Assembly: GCA_046861655.1 (NCBI GenBank)
Contig: JBHIAI010000063.1
Coordinates: forward strand, 1-10,016
Length of the DNA stretch: 10,016 nt
Direction of reading: 5' to 3'
Source: Fidelibacterota bacterium
Lineage (GTDB): Bacteria; Fidelibacterota; Marinisomatia; Marinisomatales; S15-B10
The notes beneath the pieces are model-generated. The model was not told the origin of the DNA. It worked only from the letters and a program-made list of their open reading frames with translations, and ran no database searches. Of the stretch, positions 6,837 through 10,016 are shown piece by piece (within the stretch, counting starts at the first letter, position 1; every line of letters starts with the position of its first letter). The translations under genes and the position numbers were made by a program.

Positions 6837-8129
6837 GTGGCCGAGGGGTTTGGCCCCAGGGAACAGCATCTTCTTCAGGAATGCATTCACTGCGGTTTCT
6901 GCCTTCCCGCCTGCCCCACCTACACCATCAACGGTATGGAAATGGATTCCCCCCGGGGCAGACTTTACCTGATGGAGGCGGCCATGGAGAACCGGGTGGC
7001 TCTGTCGGCCCGGTATTTTGAGCACATGGACCGGTGTCTGGTCTGCAGGGCTTGCGAGACGGCCTGTCCCTCGGGCGTGAAGTTTGGGGACCTTATGGAA
7101 AGAACCCGGGCTGCCATTTCCCCTGCCCGGAAGGAGAGTCCGTGGAAATCCTGGCTCTCCCGCACGGGTCTCAGAAACGTGATCCCCTCCCATCTTTCCC
7201 TGTCCATCCTGTTTGGCGGGGCCTGGGTACTGGAACGTACGGGGCTCAAGAGTCTTCTGACCCGTTCTCCCTTACGAAAAATGATCCCCGAACGAATCAA
7301 AGAGATTCAGGGTATGCTTCCCACGCTCAGAGCCCGGCGGTTCGGCAGGGTCCGGACCCGGGTATACCCCGCTTCAGGCCAGGAACGGGGAACGGTGGCT
7401 CTCTTTACAGGATGCGTCATGGACCATATTTACCCCCAGGTTCACGCGGCCACAGTCCGGATTCTCACCTGGCATGGCTACGAGGTGACGGTTCCGGGGA
7501 ACCAGACCTGCTGTGGCGCTTTGCACATCCACAATGGAGACGAGGAGGCAGCCGCCCGGCTGGCGGAGAAGACCGCTTTCCGCTTCCGGGACTCCGGTGC
7601 TGGCGCCATCGTGGTGAATGCCGCTGGATGCGGCGCCCATCTGAAAGAATACGCCAACCTGTATGGAGGTCAGTTTTCTGACTTCACCGGGAGAATCCAG
7701 GATCTGACAGAATTCCTGGTCAGGACGGGCCTTTCACCTCCCAAAAGGGATCTTCCCATGAGGGTTGCCTACGACGAGGCCTGCCATCTCATTCACGGGC
7801 AGGGAATTACCCGGGAACCGAAGTTTCTCATCGAGCAGATCCCGGGAATAGAGTCGGTCCGTCTGGAGGAAGCCGACAGATGCTGCGGAAGCGCGGGCAC
7901 CTACAGCATTACCGAGCCTACTCTATCCCTGGAAGTGCTGAACAGAAAGATGAAATTCGTGGACGAGTCCGGAGCCGAAGCCGTGGTCACCACCAATCCG
8001 GGGTGCCAGATTCAGCTCGATTGGGGAATACGAAGGAAGAAGTTAAACATGAGGGCGCTCCATATCGCAGAACTGCTGGACAGAGCCTATTCCCTGGACC
8101 CCCGCTACCGTGACCGGCCGGGGGAATGA
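6837..8129 (+). CDS. glcF: Glycolate oxidase iron-sulfur subunit GlcF
   Basis: Two ferredoxin motifs (CIHCGFCLPACP, CLVCRACETACP), DSPRGR, and two CCG domains (FTGC...TCCG...AAGCG; EACHL...RCCGSAG...NPGC). Start codon uncertain. Confidence 0.92.
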   Translation: MAEGFGPREQHLLQECIHCGFCLPACPTYTINGMEMDSPRGRLYLMEAAMENRVALSARYFEHMDRCLVCRACETACPSGVKFGDLMERTRAAISPARKESPWKSWLSRTGLRNVIPSHLSLSILFGGAWVLERTGLKSLLTRSPLRKMIPERIKEIQGMLPTLRARRFGRVRTRVYPASGQERGTVALFTGCVMDHIYPQVHAATVRILTWHGYEVTVPGNQTCCGALHIHNGDEEAAARLAEKTAFRFRDSGAGAIVVNAAGCGAHLKEYANLYGGQFSDFTGRIQDLTEFLVRTGLSPPKRDLPMRVAYDEACHLIHGQGITREPKFLIEQIPGIESVRLEEADRCCGSAGTYSITEPTLSLEVLNRKMKFVDESGAEAVVTTNPGCQIQLDWGIRRKKLNMRALHIAELLDRAYSLDPRYRDRPGE

Positions 8130-8179
8130 ATTAAACTCCTCTGCCGCCTGCGGCGGCATCGTCAGACAGGAATTCATTC
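8124..8179. repeat. Nested inverted repeat at the glcF 3' end
   Basis: GAATGAATT (8124-8132) pairs with AATTCATTC (8171-8179), enclosing TGCCGCC-tgc-GGCGGCA (8142-8158). Confidence 0.5.
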
Positions 8180-8258
8180 TTCTCCCCGTCCAGAGTCATC
8201 CTCTTCTTCCGAAACTATTCTAAGGCCGCGTTCTTTCTTTTATGTCTTTTTGTTCTTG

Positions 8259-8442
8259 TCGCCTTCGGGGAATTCAGATGAACACGGCTGAAGTGAGCGG
8301 AGGGGGAGAGGATCTGCTGTCTGATCCCGCCGTGGCGGGAGAGTTCAGATCATCGCCTCAGCGAACTGAAAGCCGTCCTGAGTTTCTCAACAGCGACTGC
8401 TTCTTTTGGTCCTTTTCTTGCGCCAAGAAAAGGACGGAAGAA
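8259..8442. repeat. Long structured intergenic element (extended imperfect hairpin plus terminal 12-bp hairpin); MITE/REP-like or ncRNA
   Basis: Nested pairings GTCGC/GCGAC, GGGGAATTCAG/CTGAGTTTCTC, ACGGCT/AGCCGT, GATCTG/CAGATC and TCCCGCC-gt-GGCGGGA, followed by GTCCTTTTCTTG-cgc-CAAGAAAAGGAC (8409-8435). Confidence 0.6.
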
Positions 8443-8466
8443 GATAGTCACTGTGACGGGCGAATG

Positions 8467-8748
8467 CTAGTATCGGTACCCCGGTGGAAAGGTGGTCCCC
8501 ACGGATATGACCGTGGCTTTGATGTTCACCCATTCGCCCCCGTAGACGGGTTCGGAAAACACCACTTTATCGATGGCTTTGGTAACCCCGCCCATGGCGC
8601 CCGTACTTCGGAGAAACCGCTGGCCCGCCTTCGTGGCTGCGATGTCCATCCATGAAATCATCTTTCCCCCGAACAGGGAGCCGATAGTATTCAAGTCGGT
8701 GGGCATTACCAGCTGACTGTAGCTGGCGGTGATGTGTTTCGGTGAGAT
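8467..8748 (-). pseudogene. Truncated hotdog-fold acyl-CoA thioesterase (YciA-like)
   Basis: QLVMPTDLNTIGSLFGGKMISWMDIAA...VTKAIDKVVFSEPVYGGEWVNIKATVISVGTT is the family signature. Similarity stops abruptly at VGTT, followed by FPPGYRY*, so the last beta strands are missing. There is no ATG/GTG/TTG in frame upstream of Met 8706, although family-like sequence continues upstream of it. Confidence 0.7.
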
Positions 8749-8749
8749 G

Positions 8750-8826
8750 AAAAAAGAGAGCCTCGTTAAATCTACCCTCGAGAAAACCCTGTTCCTCTGA
8801 AGAGCACGCCTTAAACGAGACTCTCT
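8750..8826 (-). ncRNA. Candidate ~77-nt rod-shaped small RNA or attenuator leader
   Basis: The 5' AGAGAGUCUCGUU pairs with the 3' AACGAGGCUCUCU (13 bp, one GU). There is an inner imperfect stem and a U-tract after the helix. The 5' end coincides with the predicted TSS of the adjacent promoter. Confidence 0.5.
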
Positions 8827-8832
8827 TTGTTT

Positions 8833-8861
8833 AGTTTACCTTAGAAATCTTTACTTGTCAA
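8833..8861 (-). promoter_or_regulatory. Near-consensus sigma70 promoter
   Basis: TTGACA (8861-8856), 17 nt, TAAACT (8838-8833); predicted TSS near A8826. Confidence 0.75.
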
Positions 8862-8931
8862 GTGGCGATTCGCTTGATACCTGCTGGCAGCAGCCATCGG
8901 CAGTCAGCAGATTCCGTTCTCGTTCTTTTCA

Positions 8932-10016
8932 TCATTTAAGCAGGAGCATTTTGCGGGTCCGGGAGGTTGTGCCACGGGGCTCCTGAGTATGAAGCCGGAA
9001 GATGTAGATGCCCGTCCCCACAGGCGCTCCCCTGCTGTCCGTACCGTCCCAGAGTATCCGGTGGTACCCCCCTGGTTTCCATTCGTCCACCAGGGTGACC
9101 ACTTCCTGGCCAAGAAGGTTATACACTTTTAGACTCACCAGGCCCGGCCTGGGCAAAGCGTACCGGATCCGGGTGGAGGGGTTGAACGGGTTGGGATAGT
9201 TCTGGAAAAGAGCCACCTTTTCCGGGAGCATGGAAAGGATTTCATCCACAGTCCTGGTCACATAGTCTGCCGCTCCCGCGATCACCTTGAACGGATGGGG
9301 CAGCACCTTTCCCTGGAAATCGTGGGCCGGTATGTAGTCAGCGATCAAGATCCCGTCATTGCCTGATGTAAGATCGGTCATCTCCCGGGTCATCAGGTCC
9401 AGAAGAACCACCTGGAAATCCCGGGGCACCTCACCGAAAAGATGGGGTGAGATACGGACGGGTCCCTCCTCACCCTTCACGTAGAGATCTATGTCCCAGA
9501 CTCCGTTCGTCCCTCTGGGGGAGCGTATGTCGCTGGTAAATCTCGGGATCCCGGCGGCCGCAGGCCCCGGTCCAGAGAGGCGTGACCACCCTGGCCGGTC
9601 CATGGCCAGGGATACGTATTCATCCAGGTACGGCGGCTCAGGATTGTCGAACCTGTCGAGATCATCTTTCGCTCCTGCAACCCTGCCGATGAAGTTCGCC
9701 GGGTCTGAATAGGTGGCTCCCCTGACCGAAAGCTGCAGCTTCCAGCCGTCAAAAGGCTTGTCCGCTACCCTGGGAAGAGACGCGGGACCCGCTAGAGGGT
9801 CAATGCGCAGTGTCCGGGCTGTGTTTTCCCTGTTGTATAGGGCGTATCCACCCCAGGGGAGGAGTTCAGACACCACGTCCGACCACCCCTCTCCAGTATC
9901 CCCTCCGTACGTCAGCGGACCGTAGAACTCCGCTTGATCCACATCCAGCTTCACCGGGAAGGAATAGGGGGACCCGATGAGGTTCCATCCGGGCTGAAGG
10001 GTTAGCGTCCGGCCCG
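8932..10016 (-). CDS. C-terminal part of a large secreted protein with an FlgD-Ig / T9SS type A sorting-like C-terminal domain (5' end outside window)
   Basis: The frame is open from the window edge (GRTLTLQPGWNLIGSPYSFPV...), so the track's GTG 9954 is internal. It ends ALFQNYPNPFNPSTRIRYALP...LKVYNLLGQEVVTLVD...WDGTDSRGAPVGTGIYIFRL...TRKMLLLK*. Confidence 0.88.
   Translation of the reverse strand, partial: GRTLTLQPGWNLIGSPYSFPVKLDVDQAEFYGPLTYGGDTGEGWSDVVSELLPWGGYALYNRENTARTLRIDPLAGPASLPRVADKPFDGWKLQLSVRGATYSDPANFIGRVAGAKDDLDRFDNPEPPYLDEYVSLAMDRPGWSRLSGPGPAAAGIPRFTSDIRSPRGTNGVWDIDLYVKGEEGPVRISPHLFGEVPRDFQVVLLDLMTREMTDLTSGNDGILIADYIPAHDFQGKVLPHPFKVIAGAADYVTRTVDEILSMLPEKVALFQNYPNPFNPSTRIRYALPRPGLVSLKVYNLLGQEVVTLVDEWKPGGYHRILWDGTDSRGAPVGTGIYIFRLHTQEPRGTTSRTRKMLLLK

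Noticed and set aside
4454..8113. Multiple alternative-frame ORFs within glcDEF (e.g. 4454..5029-, 7034..7681+)
   Set aside because: Expected by-products of GC-rich coding sequence.
3887..8337. Composite transposon carrying glcDEF bounded by 14-bp inverted repeats
   Set aside because: No transposase or target-site duplication is visible, and the repeats are internal hairpins of larger elements rather than termini.
8242..8655. 137-aa plus-strand ORF
   Set aside because: Reads through the structured repeat and antisense to the thioesterase; no family features.
8750..8826. tRNA, SRP RNA or integron attC interpretation of the 77-nt hairpin
   Set aside because: No cloverleaf or TTCRA loop, no SRP domain IV motif, and the GTT/AAC cores are in the opposite order to attC.
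1..10016. CRISPR array, rRNA, selenocysteine or frameshift recoding
   Set aside because: No regularly spaced repeats or rRNA-like sequence. The molybdoenzyme frame has no in-frame TGA or break within the window.

Overview
GC-rich bacterial window, probably from an FCB-group or related lineage (inferred from a secreted protein with a C-terminal NYPNPFNP/FlgD-Ig T9SS-type tail). The left arm (minus strand) is an operon: an Rrf2 Fe-S regulator, then a translationally coupled diheme cytochrome c / EbdC-like heme-b fusion, then a Tat-exported type II DMSO-reductase-family alpha subunit. That subunit is missed by the ORF track and runs off the left edge. Its motifs resemble the periplasmic Nitrospira/anammox-type NxrA, but its FS0 motif is all-Cys (C-x3-C-x3-C-x39-C) and it has Asn in place of the usual Lys/Arg after the fourth Cys. 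Divergent from it is a glcDEF glycolate-oxidase-type operon. The right arm holds structured intergenic repeats, a truncated hotdog acyl-CoA thioesterase, a near-consensus sigma70 promoter driving a candidate ~77-nt rod-shaped RNA, and the 3' end of a large secreted protein. Family assignments come from motifs read by eye and recalled family knowledge; no searches were run.
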